64,000 nucleotides of DNA from Minutocellus sp. GHC0000111. Taxonomy: Eukaryota. Made by a program: the position numbers and the translations under genes. Positions 1 through 11,900 of the stretch are shown here, one piece after another; the first letter of the stretch is position 1; each line of letters opens with the position of its first letter. The notes under the pieces were generated by a model, which did not search any database, was not told where the DNA came from, and saw only the letters and a list, made by a program, of their open reading frames with translations. Where the stretch lies: the NCBI GenBank assembly GCA_977018835.1, contig OZ361258.1, positions 4,774,001-4,838,000 of the forward strand, given 5' to 3'.

Positions 1-1719
1 TCGGCCGTCATGTAATCCGTCGTCTCCACGCAGCGGATGCAGCAAACGTTCTCATAAGTTCGGCCATCACCCATCACGCCAACACTCTTCACACCGGGGA
101 GGAGAACAACGAAGGCCTGACCAATGGCACGGTACTGCCCAGACTTGTACAGCTCCTCGATCATGATGGCATCGGCCTCCTGAAGGGTCTTGACACGCTC
201 GGCCGTGACACTACCCAGGATGCGGATGGCAAGGCCGGGTCCGGGGAAGGGATGGCGCCAAACACTCACTTCGTCGATACCGAGGGCAATTCCAAGCTCA
301 CGGACCTCATCCTTGAACAGCTCACGGAGAGGCTCAATAAGCTTCAGCTTCATGGTAGCAGGTAGACCGCCGACATTGTGGTGCGTCTTGATGGTAGCAC
401 TGGGTCCCTTGTACGAGATGGACTCAATCACATCGGGATACAGCGTGCCCTGGAGGAGAAAGTCGCAGGGTCCGGTCTCCTCGACGATACGTGCGGCCTC
501 CTCCTGGAAGACCTCGATGAAGGTGGTACCGATGATTTTGCGCTTCTTCTCAGGGTCTTCGACGTCCTTGAGTAGGTTGAGGAATCGATCCTTGGCATCA
601 ATGCACTTGAGGTTGATGCCGCAGTCACCACGGAGACGCTTGAGGACATTGACGGCCTCATCCTTGCGAAGGCATCCATTGTCGACCAGGACGGCATGGA
701 AACGATCACCGATGGCCTTGTTCATGAGGACGGCGGCAACGGTGGAGTCAACTCCACCGCTGACGGCACCGATAACATTGCCGTTGGGACCGACCTTCTC
801 CCTCACCTGCTGGATGAACTCCTCGGCGTAGTCGGTCATGACCCAATCCTGCTTGGCACCGGAAATGTTGACGACGAAGTTCTTGAGGATGTCCTTACCA
901 AGGGGGGAGTGCGTCACCTCGGGATGGAACTGCAGGCCCCACATCTTCTTCTCAAGATTTTCCATGGCAACGAATTCGGCATTCTCGGTACCGGCTGCGC
1001 AAGGGCGTCGATTGATTTCATTTCAGGGCGAAAGATGATGAGAATTTGCACAAGAAATAAGAACGAAATGCCAAACCACATGTCATGGGTGTAGATACAG
1101 GCAGGGAAACCCGGTCTTCTCCAATCCGCGAGCATCCTCTACGTCATGTATATACTGCACGTCATGTATATACTGCTACAGAATACCAAAAAACACAGAA
1201 AACAAACAAAGACTCACCAACATACTTGAATCCCTCGGGAAGCTCATGGAGCTTGTCGGCGTGGGACATCCAAACCTGGAACTCGGCGGGCATGCCAGCG
1301 AACAGGCCGCAGTCGCAGCCCTCGACGCGGCTGACCATGGCCTTGCCGAACTCGCGCTTCTGGCCGGGAGCGACCTTGCCGCCGTAGGTGTGGGCCAGCT
1401 CCTGCATGCCGTAGCAGATGCCCAGAACGGGGATGTTGCGGGCGGCGATGAGGTCCCAGATCTCCTGCGACACGTGGGGGGCGCCCTCCTCGTAGACCGA
1501 CGAGGGTCCACCGCTGAGGATGATGGCCGTGAGGTCGTGGGCGCCGAGCTCCTCGGCGGAAACGAGGCAGGAGTACAGCTCGCAGTAGACGTGGAGCTCG
1601 CGGACCCGGCGAGCGATGAGGTGCGAGTACTGACTGCCAAAGTCGAGGATGGCCACCTGAGGACGGCCGAGGTTGCCCAGCAGGGACGACTGCTTGAGGT
1701 ATTCCTTGCTTTCTGCCAT
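1..1719 (-). CDS. GMPS: GMP synthase (glutamine-hydrolysing); exons 1719-1218 and 994-<1, 3' end outside the window
   Basis: GATase motifs [15 protein letters not shown] and VWMSHAD. Downstream exon reads [35 protein letters not shown] and [18 protein letters not shown]...GCAG intron 995-1217 joins the exons in frame ([10 protein letters not shown]). Confidence 0.97.
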
Positions 1720-2118
1720 ATTTTTGTTATGGTGTGTTATGTGCTGGAAATGAATGCGGAATTTTGATGCGAATTAAGAAGTGCAAAAACGTGCGGGGAT
1801 TGAAACACAAGGACTTCTTGGTTCAATTACTCAATACAATGCAGTCAATGCAGCAGCAGGAATTCAAATGGACCAGAACTTAGCGCCTGCCGGCCTCATG
1901 ACTTTTCGATTTCTGTGGGCGAGAGCGAGCCGGCTGGGTCGACGGACAGACAGACCTAAGGGGGCGCCCTGACCTTCCCGGGGATCCCCTACCATCGCAT
2001 TATCGTGTATTGCTCTTGCATTCGGCGGAGGCAACCACACCACCAGTCAGTCCAACTGCTATTGACTGCTGACTTGGCTGCTTGCTCTTCGCCCCAAAGA
2101 GAAGACGGCCACGAAGCA

Positions 2119-5100
2119 ATGCCGCCCAAGTCGTCCAAGGCGTCCGGGTCGGACGCCGCGGCCTCCTCAGCCTCCCGCAAACCCCCCACAACCGAGGGCA
2201 AGTCCAAGAAGGCAGCGGCAGGTTCCACCTCATCATCCTCGGCCTCGTCGGGTGCGTCCTCCGCCCTGTTCTCCCTCACGTGGATCTCGGCTCTCTTGTA
2301 TGGCGTATACTTCTGCGTCCGGTGGGCCTACAAGATCCGCCTGCAGGCCATCGAGGAGTACGGCCCGGTCATTCATGAGTTCGACCCGTGGTTCAATTAT
2401 CGCGCCACCGAGGTATGTAATGTGGTTTTGTGCATTCTTTGTGCTTAGTGCCTGATATTTGCATTTGGTTGCACAAAGAGGCTGATACCAACGCAGATAA
2501 CATGGAGCGATTGCCTTGCTCTAGTATACAGAATATGCTGGGTTGGGTAGTCTCTTTGCGTATCTTTGTAATAATAATAGCAATAATTCATTTCCGGCAC
2601 ACCAGAAAGCAAATTTATCGGACGGAGCCAGCCAATGCGTCTCACCACATATATTTCCTTCTCTTTCTGCTCTCCACCCACTCACTCCTTTGCGCAGTAT
2701 CTCTACCTGAACGGCGCCAAGAAATTCTTCCAATGGTTCGATTATCAGTCATGGTATCCGCTCGGGCGGCCCGTCGGAACCACCATCTACCCCGGAATGC
2801 AATTCACGGCCGTCTACATCAAGAACTACCTCACCGGCGATGGCATGTCCCTGAACGACGTCTGCTGCTACATGCCCGCCTGGTTCGGCGCTCTCGCCAC
2901 CTTCCTCATCGGCTGCCTGGCCTACGAATGCTCCCTCCCCGAGAATACCGGCACCACCCTCGTCGGTGTCCTCGTGGATGCGCTCAAGGGCCGTCGGACC
3001 GACACGTCGACCATCGACCCCGCCGGTCAGGCGTCCCGTCGTGTCCTCGTTGGTCTGTCCACCCCCGCTCTGGAATGTGCCGTGTTTGCCATGGGCTTCA
3101 TGGCCGTCGTTCCTGCCCATCTCATGCGATCCGTCGGTGGTGGCTTCGACAACGAATCCGTCGCCATCAGTGCCATGAGCCTCACCTTTCTGCTTTGGGT
3201 CCGCAGTCTCCGTGCCGGTGACGACAACTACAGCCATTTCTTCGGTGCCCTGGCTGGCCTGGCCTACTTTTACATGGTCGCTGCCTGGGGTGGATATGTC
3301 TTTGTTTTGAACCTGGTGGGCTGCCACGCCGCCGTCCTGGTCCTCATGGGACGATTCTCTCGCAAGGTGTATCTGTCGTACAGTCTGTTTTACGCGGTCG
3401 GCACGGCCCTGGCCATCCAAGTGCCCGTCGTCGGATGGACCCCGCTCAAATCATTGGAACAGCTCGGTCCTGCCCTGGTCTTTGTCGGATACCAAGTCCT
3501 GTACTACTGCGAGGTTGTCCGCCTCAAGAAGAAGCTGGGACGGGCCGATGCATGGAAGCTCCGCTTCAAGGTCATTTCCATGTGCGCGGTCGTTGGCATC
3601 GTCTTGCTCATCCTTCTCACACCCAAGGGATACTTTGGCCCCATTTCCTCTCGTGTCCGCGGACTGTTCGTCAAGCATACCAAGACGGGCAATCCCTTGG
3701 TGGATTCCGTCGCTGAGCATCAACCGGCCAACAACAAGGCGTACTTTCAGTACTTGCACCACCTTTGTACGTTGGCTCCCATCGGTCTCTTGCTGGTGAC
3801 TTTGAATTTCGGCGACGGCCCATCATTCTTGGTGGTGTATGCCACTGCGGCCTACTTCTTCAGCCACAAGATGGTCCGATTGATTCTCTTGACGGGGCCA
3901 ATTGCTGCCGCATTGGGTGGCATTGTCGCAGGGCGGATTGTTGCCTGGGGAGTCCAGCAGATTTGGGATGACGAAGAAGGTGATGCCTCAACTAGCGGAA
4001 AGGGTCAGAGCGGAGGCACTACCCCCTCCAAGAGAGGCAAGAAGGCCAAGATCGAGAAGAAAGACAGCAGCTTTGCCGGTTTTGGCGCCCTTTCGGACGG
4101 AATGAATGAGTTTTCCAACTCCAAGGATGGCAAGACCGTAAAGAAGATGGTGGCTGCCACTCTCGTCATCGTGCTGTTCTTGGCTTGCACTCAGTTCAAG
4201 GATTACTCGTGGGCCATTTCGGCTTCGCTTTCGAACCCCACAATCATTCTCAAGGGTCAGCTGAAGAGTGGTGAGGTCGTGTATGTTGATGATTACCGCG
4301 AGGCATACTGGTGGTTGCGCGACAATACCCCTGCCGACGCACGCGTCATGGCTTGGTGGGATTATGGATATCAGATCACCGGCATTTCCAACCGCACGAC
4401 TATTGCCGACGGCAACACTTGGAATCACGAGCATATTGCCCTTTTGGGGAAGATTTTGACTGGAGATATGGAGGAGAGTTACGAGATTGCCCGGCACTTG
4501 GCGGACTACGTTCTGGTTTGGGGCGGAGGCGGCGGTGATGATTTGGCCAAGAGTCCGCATCTTGCCCGTATTGCCAATAGTGTGTACCGGGAGCACTGCC
4601 CTGACGACCCCACCTGTCGTGCCTTTGGCATGTCCCGCCAGGGCATGCCCTCTCCTATGATGGCCCAGTCCTTCTTATACAAACTTCATTCTCACAAAAT
4701 TCGACCTGGAGTGACTGCCCCCGAGGACAAATTCGAGGAGGTCTATCGGTCCAAATATGGCAAGGTTCGCATCTACAAGCTCAAGGGCGTTTCAGAGGAA
4801 TCGAAGCGTTGGGTCGCCGACCAGAAGAATCGAAGATGCGATGTACCGGGCTCCTGGTTCTGCCCCGGCCAGTACCCTCCGGCGCTTAAGGAGGTTCTGA
4901 GCCGAAAGAAGGATTTCGCCCAGCTCGAAGACTTCAACAAGAATGAGAAAGATGAGGAGTACACGAAGAAGTACTTTGAGAACCTCAACAATCCTCAAAA
5001 GGCCAAGAGAGCCGCCGAGCAGGCTGCCAAGGAGGGAGCTGCTGCAGCGGCATCTTCAGCGTCGGGGGCCAGTGCGCCCAAGCCAACGCAGACAGAGATC

Positions 5101-5367
5101 GACGCCGTTTACAATAAGTTCGAAGACTCTGACGAGAGCACTGCCATGTGGCAGTTGGTGTCGCAAAATAACATCGCCGAGTTGACAGCCTGGCTCGAAC
5201 GGGAGCCAATCATGGCGTACCTTCGAAGCTCCGATGGTCGGGGCCCGATGTGGTGGGCGTTTGAGAGCAGGAACCAAGAAATTGTGAAGTTGTTGATGAA
5301 GCATGGTGTTCCGATCCAGGATAAGGACAAGAGCGGAAAAACTCCGGTTGAATTGCTGGATAGCTAA
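2119..5367 (+). CDS. STT3: Oligosaccharyltransferase catalytic subunit STT3 with C-terminal ankyrin-like extension; exons 2119-2412 and 2698-5367
   Basis: IHEFDPWFNYRAT, GGFDNE, SVAEHQP, WWDYGY and DGNTWN motifs. GTATGT...GCAG intron 2413-2697. Confidence 0.96.
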
Positions 5368-5512
5368 GCCATCATTGGTTGCTTATTATCCTGGGGGTTT
5401 CTTTTTCTTGCTATGCATCTCTACGTACATTATTTAGGTCACCTACTGATATAGACGAATTCCAATGAAAATCCTAGTGTAGCCCCCAACCAACAAGCGT
5501 CAACTTAGAGAG

Positions 5513-7971
5513 CTATCGTAAACCAAGCGACTGGCGGAAGGCAGCAGAGTTTTTATGACTATCGACCCACTGCTTGAAGGGCTTGGTCTCAGGCACCAAA
5601 TGAAGTGTTTTTGCAACTGAATGTCTCTTCCTGACGGCACCGGTGTGGCTCATGTATTCGAACACACCGCCAAGATCTTTCATGAAGGTATCCTTCTGTT
5701 CGATCCACCGCTCCATTGGAATCTCCTTCCTCTCCACCGAGGCCGTCTGTTTGCCGTCTCCTGCCTCGTTCTTCTTGGAGATGTAGGCTTCGGCCATGAT
5801 TTCCGACATATCCTTCACACTTACGAACTCAGTAACTAGCCCAATTTCATGGCCAGCGTAGACCTGGTAGCTATCAAAAATATTTGCTACAGCCGGGCCT
5901 AGATCATCAACGCTCATGCACATGACCTTGGCGTCGCCCTTGGTAGGAACAGTCATGATAGCTCGTTCCTCACCAGTTCCTTCATCGACAACAAGTTGGG
6001 GCATAAGAAGCTTGTAGAACATTTCGCTATAGCAAGGCATCAGCACAAATGTGCAGCTCAGCTTCTTGGTTCTTGCATAGGCTGCGGCTTGGGCTCGAAG
6101 ACTTAGCTGATCCGAAGACTCACCGGCCTTTTCCTCCTTCCTTTCCTCACCTTCATCGGGGACGAGTTTCCTGTTCACTTCTTCGACGTATTCCATTGTC
6201 GAGAATACCAAATGCCTCACGGAGTGGGACGCTTCGCATGCATCAATGATGTTCTTTGCCATCCTTTCATCGACTACATGCTCAGACGCTCCCTCGAAAA
6301 AGTCTACGGCCAGGAAGGCCCCATCGGCCCCATCGACTGCCACGGCACATGAGTCCAGACTATTAAAGTCAGCCTCGATGAGCGTCACACGTTCTGGGTC
6401 CATCTCATACAAGGCCCTGGCTGGCACCGAGTCGATATGACGTGTAGTCGCTCGGACTTGGTAACGCTTCCTCGTGTCTGTCAGCAGTCCCTTGACGACG
6501 GATGCCCCCTGCATGCCGGTTGCACCGAAGACGGTGACGGTGGTAATCTCCTGCGGATCAGCCAGGAGGCCGACCTCCTCGAAGGCCAGGTTTTCGGAAT
6601 GGATGAGTAGCCAGTCCTTGAAGAGCTGGGGCTTACGAGGGAACACGACGGCAGAAGTAGTGTCGATGTCATGCGCCGAGCGAGGATCGCCGAGGAACTG
6701 ACACATTTGACTCATGCATCCTGCTGCAGGGATCGGTAGGGCGGCCATCTCCTGAGGCGTGAGGGGGTTGAATATAACGTCCTTTCCGAATAGGTCCGAA
6801 AACATGGCGGCTACTTGATGCAGGGTAATGCGCTCGGCTGAGGCACGAATGTTACGCCCAACGTAGACGGCACGTTCATCGAATAACTCGGCTGTTGGGA
6901 TAGGATCGAGAGATAAAAACAATATAAATGAAAAAGGCCAAGGTGAGCAGGCTGAATTCACTGTAGAATATATATAAGACAAAGAGAAACGAATGGCGAC
7001 ATCGGTTGCATACTAATAACCATACACTCACGGACGATGTACGACAGATCCGAGACGGACAGCATATCAATTGCACTGTCCTCCGCGAAGCAGGCATTGA
7101 TGGACCATTGCGTCCCTCCCTCATTGGGCAAAGGAGTGCAGAAGCCCAAGAAGTTTGAATGCAGGAAGGGCAATGTCAGCAGCGTCAGCGTCAGGCCGTC
7201 GACATTTTCCAGAAGCTTCATGGCATACTCCCCAGCTCGGCCCTTGCCGGTGAAGTGGGGGCAGATGCTGCCATCTTCCAGGGGTTCAATCCATGGCTCA
7301 CCGCCTCCACCGCCACCACTACTCTCGGTACAGATGCGCTTGACATTGTCCAGGGTGGAGAAGACGACGTGACGAGCCAGTCCATCGGCATTGTGAACCT
7401 TGACCAGAGTGTCGAAGAAGGACTTGATGGTGTCACACTCGGTATCCTCGGCCGATTGAAAGCCATAATCGGCCCGATCACCGTTTCCGGTGGGCATATC
7501 GGTCGTCGTCACAAGGAAGATGGAGGTGGCCTGCGTTTCCGTCAGGACTTTCTCGAGGTCCCGCACGTCGGCCAGATCGACCTGTAGGAGGGTGACGTCC
7601 AGCACATCTTGGGCATATCGGGCGTCGGGAGAGTGGACGTCGCGGGTGGCACCGTACAGCGGGCCGTATCCGTGCTCCTGCAGACCTTCGATGACGGCCC
7701 GTCCCTGCGGACCGGACGCACCGAAGACGAGGGCTGGGCCGCGATCTGGCACCTCGATGGTTTGCATGACGCCTTGCATGGCCGCATCTGGCTCTTCGAT
7801 GGCAATGGTGGTAAGCGGATCGTCGTCGTCGTCATCATTGTCGGCGCTAGACAGAGGTGATTCTGACGCTCGTTGCTTGATTACCTTTTTCGGCGGTGGA
7901 CTGGGACTGGACGTGGGATCCGAATCCTTGTCGTCACCGGATCTTTTGGGGGATGTGGGTTCGACGTTCAT
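5513..7971 (-). CDS. Tandem NmrA-like NAD(P)-binding domain protein; exons 7971-7032 and 6891-5513
   Basis: Two Rossmann starts (VFGASGPQGRAV and VFGATGMQGASV), each followed by HV/LVFST. GTGAGT...ACAG intron 6892-7031 joins in frame (IVPELF). Confidence 0.88.
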
Positions 7972-8402
7972 CGTTTCGTTTTGTTTGGTTGTCTTTCGTT
8001 GGTTGTTGCAATATGTGAATTAGAAACGCGCAGAAGATTCTTCTTCAGTTGGAAGATGGAATGATCGGCGGAGCTCTGTTATGAGGGAAATTATACTTCA
8101 ATTGCATTTATGGCTTGCTTGTGATACCTTTTCTGTCTTCGAGCGCCTCTGAAGCATCAGGCTGGGGTTCGGGTTCGCCTACGCGCAAAAAGCCTTCGGC
8201 TGGCATCGTGTGTCCAAGCATAAGCGAGCAGAGCGGCCGCGCAGCAGCCACGTCATCGCATCGCTCACCAGTCACTCACGCCCGCCCGGCCGATCTTCCC
8301 TCACGAAGGCACTTTGCTGTTGCTTGCATTGCAATCCTGTTGCTGCCAAGCTACTTTCGATCATTGCTTGACTTACTTTTCGATACAATACTTCCCAACG
8401 CC

Positions 8403-8960
8403 ATGTCGGACGACGCATACCAAGCAGCCCTTCGTGGTGGCCTATCGGCGGCCATGCCCAAGGATACAACAAAGACGACGGCGACCAAGCAGCAATCAAA
8501 GCCACCCATCGAGGAGTCGGCAGGAGTCATTGGCTCTACTAGTACCGAAGGCAAATCGAAAACTGAGAAGGAGAAGGTATACTCCCTCCCTCCTGCAGTC
8601 AAAACCTGGATCGAGGCCAACCAAAGTGCTACCAAGTGGGAGGAAGAAGCAGGCGAAACAATGATCAATGCCATGTACGGTGGCGGCATTGCCAGTATGA
8701 TGGCCGCCAAGAAGAAGGCGGAATCCAAAGCAAAGAAGAATGATGTGGCCGAGGAGGATATAATTCCCAAATCAATTAAAAAATGGCTCGACAAGAGTGA
8801 TGTGGCGGTACCAACACAACCCGAGGATGGCGGCGGGGACGAGCCGATGAAGGAGACCAGCCTGCACATTCCTCCCGAGGTGGCTAAATTCTTGGAGGAA
8901 GCCAAGAAGGAGCACAGTGCTGAAGAAGTTACCGCGGCATTCAGTGAGCTGCTGAAATAG
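8403..8960 (+). CDS. Hypothetical small charged protein
   Basis: Coding-like ORF from ATG 8403 with three similar motifs (SLPPAVKTWI, IIPKSIKKWL, HIPPEVAKFL). No family recognised. Confidence 0.6.
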   Translation: MSDDAYQAALRGGLSAAMPKDTTKTTATKQQSKPPIEESAGVIGSTSTEGKSKTEKEKVYSLPPAVKTWIEANQSATKWEEEAGETMINAMYGGGIASMMAAKKKAESKAKKNDVAEEDIIPKSIKKWLDKSDVAVPTQPEDGGGDEPMKETSLHIPPEVAKFLEEAKKEHSAEEVTAAFSELLK

Positions 8961-9176
8961 ACACACAATAGAAGACTTGAAGAGCAAGGCATACCTGTGC
9001 TCGATGGAACGCTGATAGCAACTAATCGACGCACAAATCGACGCATAACATCATCTACGATACCTAGGTACGCGGATAGAAATGATTCGACGCATAAAAA
9101 TATCTAATTGACTTATATTTCAATAAAGAATGAAAATGATCACGAGAAAGAAGCACAAAACCAACTCTGAGTGGAT

Positions 9177-10792
9177 TTAAGCCTCAGCCCGTGGAGTGCA
9201 CGTTCCTGAGCGGCAACTGTATGCCGTCTTGGCAATGATTTCAGCTCTTGATACATCGCCGCCGGGCAGGGGAGGACACACAGCGATGGCACCAGTCTCC
9301 AATAGATTCGCCTCGGCGTCGTTGAGAGTTTGGAAGTCAATGTCCAATGGCTTTGGAAGACCCTTGGGAACACCCTTGGCCTCCAAGAAGGAAAATGCGG
9401 CCCTGTAGTCATTGCCGGTATACTTGAGATTATTCTTGAGATGTGCCGGTATTATCCTTTGAATGTCCCACTTTGAAACCTTATCAGCAAAATCAAGTAC
9501 TTCCACTGGGTTGCGGTTCAGAATCAATTTCTGCAAGATTGGTGCTACGAGAAGCCCCCCGCTAATGGCATTGAAACTCGCCTTATCATCTCCCACCCAG
9601 TCCCAGGGATAGACTCCGATAAAGTCCGAGTTGATATCAGGGCGCCGCTCGGCATAGGCAACATCCGCATCCTTGATTTTGATTGCTCCAGGCTGGAAAA
9701 AGAGTCCAAACAACTGGACTCCTCTCCAGCCAATAGCTCGGACCTCAGGAGTATCCTCTAACACATCCGTAATGGTATCACGGGCGTGATACAAGAGAGG
9801 CTTGGGATCATCCTCAAAGATGGGAGGAACCTCCTCTGTCACTTCAACAACAGTATCCGTGCAGAGCAACGTCTTGGTGGCCTTAAGATAAAAGACGGTC
9901 TCACCAAATGCGCCGTCTCGACTGATGATGGGTCCCAAGGTCAAGAAGTCAAAGTCAGTCTTCCATTCCTCAGGCGCACTTTCCAAGTTTTGAGGCATGG
10001 CAAAAGTTCTGCCCGGAGGAAAGCCCAGGAAAGTATCCGGTAGATTGCTCGGGAATGAATACTGCCCTGGCTGGAGCCAAACCTTGGCCTTGGCAAACTT
10101 TTGAGCAAAGACACCGCTGTACACCTTGTGCTCAATAGCAACACTCCCCAGGGCAATGTGTTTGACTGGGCCGTGCTGTTTTTCCAATTCCTTCACCATG
10201 TCCACAAATTCCTTAGTCGCAGCGATGGGATTGTAAACAAAAAGGCCACCGCCACTGAGCTTGATGATGGTACAGCGCAACGGCACCTGGACATTGAGAA
10301 TACCAAACTTTTGATCGCACGTCCAAACCTTATCAGGAACGATGGTCTCCATGATGGTCTTTTTGCGTTTGTATGGACCAACGGGAAGGATCCCCCACAG
10401 TCCATAATCGGTTGGCTTGGTCTCCAAGCTGCCGAAAAAGGAAACGCCCAAGCCCAAGGAGGCAAAGCTGTGGAATAGAACGAAATATTGTGATGAACGT
10501 GAGGCGGAAGGGCAATCAAATATTCACATGCTTTAAGCCGCATGTATTGCAGCAGAACTTACGCTAGCTCGCCGACCTGTCGACGGGAGAGACCAGGATC
10601 GGCGCCATCGGTGGACGACGAATGCAATGCTGATGGGCGGGAGTCAGATCGAAGTTCAGCGCCGGCGGTGCTGGACTGCGGTACAAAGGCGGCACATGGC
10701 GCAGCGAGAAGGGCCACTGCCAAGGATACTGCCGCCGCCAAGAGGTGCATGGATGCTGGAGATCCCCGTGGAGCGCTCATCTTGACCGCCAT
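9177..10792 (-). CDS. Plastid-targeted DUF4336-family (metallo-beta-lactamase-like fold) protein; intron 10468-10562
   Basis: Signal peptide ending AAFVP. Motifs VPLRCTIIKLSGGGLFVYNPIAAT, AIEHK and IIPAH. GTAAGT...ACAG intron is in frame. Confidence 0.85.
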
Positions 10793-11001
10793 TTTGCTGC
10801 TCTGGAAATGAGTGCACGTCGCTCGTCGACTGACGCATGAAAAACGAAAAAGGGATTAGAGGATAAAAAGGAGGAAAAATAAAAATGAGACCGTCCGCCT
10901 GGCTGTCGTTCTCGCGGCCGGCCTCATCATCACTCGTCAGCATCCAGCGTTGCTTTGCATCCTATCCAGCAGCAGCCACCCTTGCTTGCTCATCAACCAT
11001 A

Positions 11002-11832
11002 ATGTTGACGAGATCGCTATTCATTATCATAGGGCTTTTCGCGGCATGCGATCCCTCGGCGGGTTTTGCACCGCATTCGTCCTCACGTTGCGTTTCGAGC
11101 ACATGTGGCCGAGCCACCGCCATCGCCAGTCAACTTGTCATGCCAATGGCCGGCTCCGTCTCGGAGAGTGAGATGCAAGTCCAGGGCAACGACATTATCC
11201 GCAAGGCGGCCATCGAGGCAGGTGCACAGCCAGATAACATTGATATTGACTGGAAGGGCGACCAAATCATCGTCACCATATCCGGCGAACTGGTCAAGCT
11301 GGGTGGGCCGTCCCTGGAAGGCCTGGACGATGAGGAACTCGCTGAGGAGCTGGACATGTACTTTGATGCCGATGAGCTGGACCAGAGTGCGGCCGATGAG
11401 GCAGGTATATTTGGTGACGTTGATATTGGCGATTATGTCGAAGATGAATTGGAGGGAGAAGATGACGAGGACGAGGATGAACCATCCATCACAGGGATTG
11501 CCCGGGCCATTAACCGAGCTCTGGCGGAATTGGGAGAAGGAAGCGTCGGGGACATTATCGCACAGACACATTCCATTGAGGTTACAACGCCAGGTGCCAG
11601 TGATGTGTTGCAGGGCGACGTGATGTTTGAGGCCTACAAGGGATTTGAGGTCCTTGTCGAGACGACCGAGACCAACAAGAAAGGCAAGAAAAAGGTGAAG
11701 GAGGGACTGCTCGTCGAGAAGAACGACGAACACACAGTCATCAATCAAAAGGGAAGAATAAGCAAAATCAAAAACGAAAAGGTGGAGTGCGTTCGTCTAC
11801 CAAAAGGTAAGAAAGAAAAGGGAGCCAAGTAA
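11002..11832 (+). CDS. rimP: Plastid-targeted ribosome maturation factor RimP-like protein
   Basis: Signal peptide ending AGFAP. HSIEVTTPG resembles RimP LEVSSPG. Basic Sm-like C-terminus and an acidic insertion. Confidence 0.72.
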   Translation: MLTRSLFIIIGLFAACDPSAGFAPHSSSRCVSSTCGRATAIASQLVMPMAGSVSESEMQVQGNDIIRKAAIEAGAQPDNIDIDWKGDQIIVTISGELVKLGGPSLEGLDDEELAEELDMYFDADELDQSAADEAGIFGDVDIGDYVEDELEGEDDEDEDEPSITGIARAINRALAELGEGSVGDIIAQTHSIEVTTPGASDVLQGDVMFEAYKGFEVLVETTETNKKGKKKVKEGLLVEKNDEHTVINQKGRISKIKNEKVECVRLPKGKKEKGAK

Positions 11833-11900
11833 AGAAAATCAATTTGATTACATATTTTGAAAGTATGTAGATCCAAGGATCGGCCTATATATGCACCAAT

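Noticed and set aside
1141..1176. 18-bp tandem duplication in the GMPS intron (also a 36-bp pair at 12866-12937 in the UXS intron)
   Set aside because: Ordinary slippage duplications in introns.
190..1767. Long plus-strand ORFs (213, 132 and 173 aa)
   Set aside because: Antisense shadows of GMP synthase. The same applies to most overlapping ORFs in the GC-rich genes.
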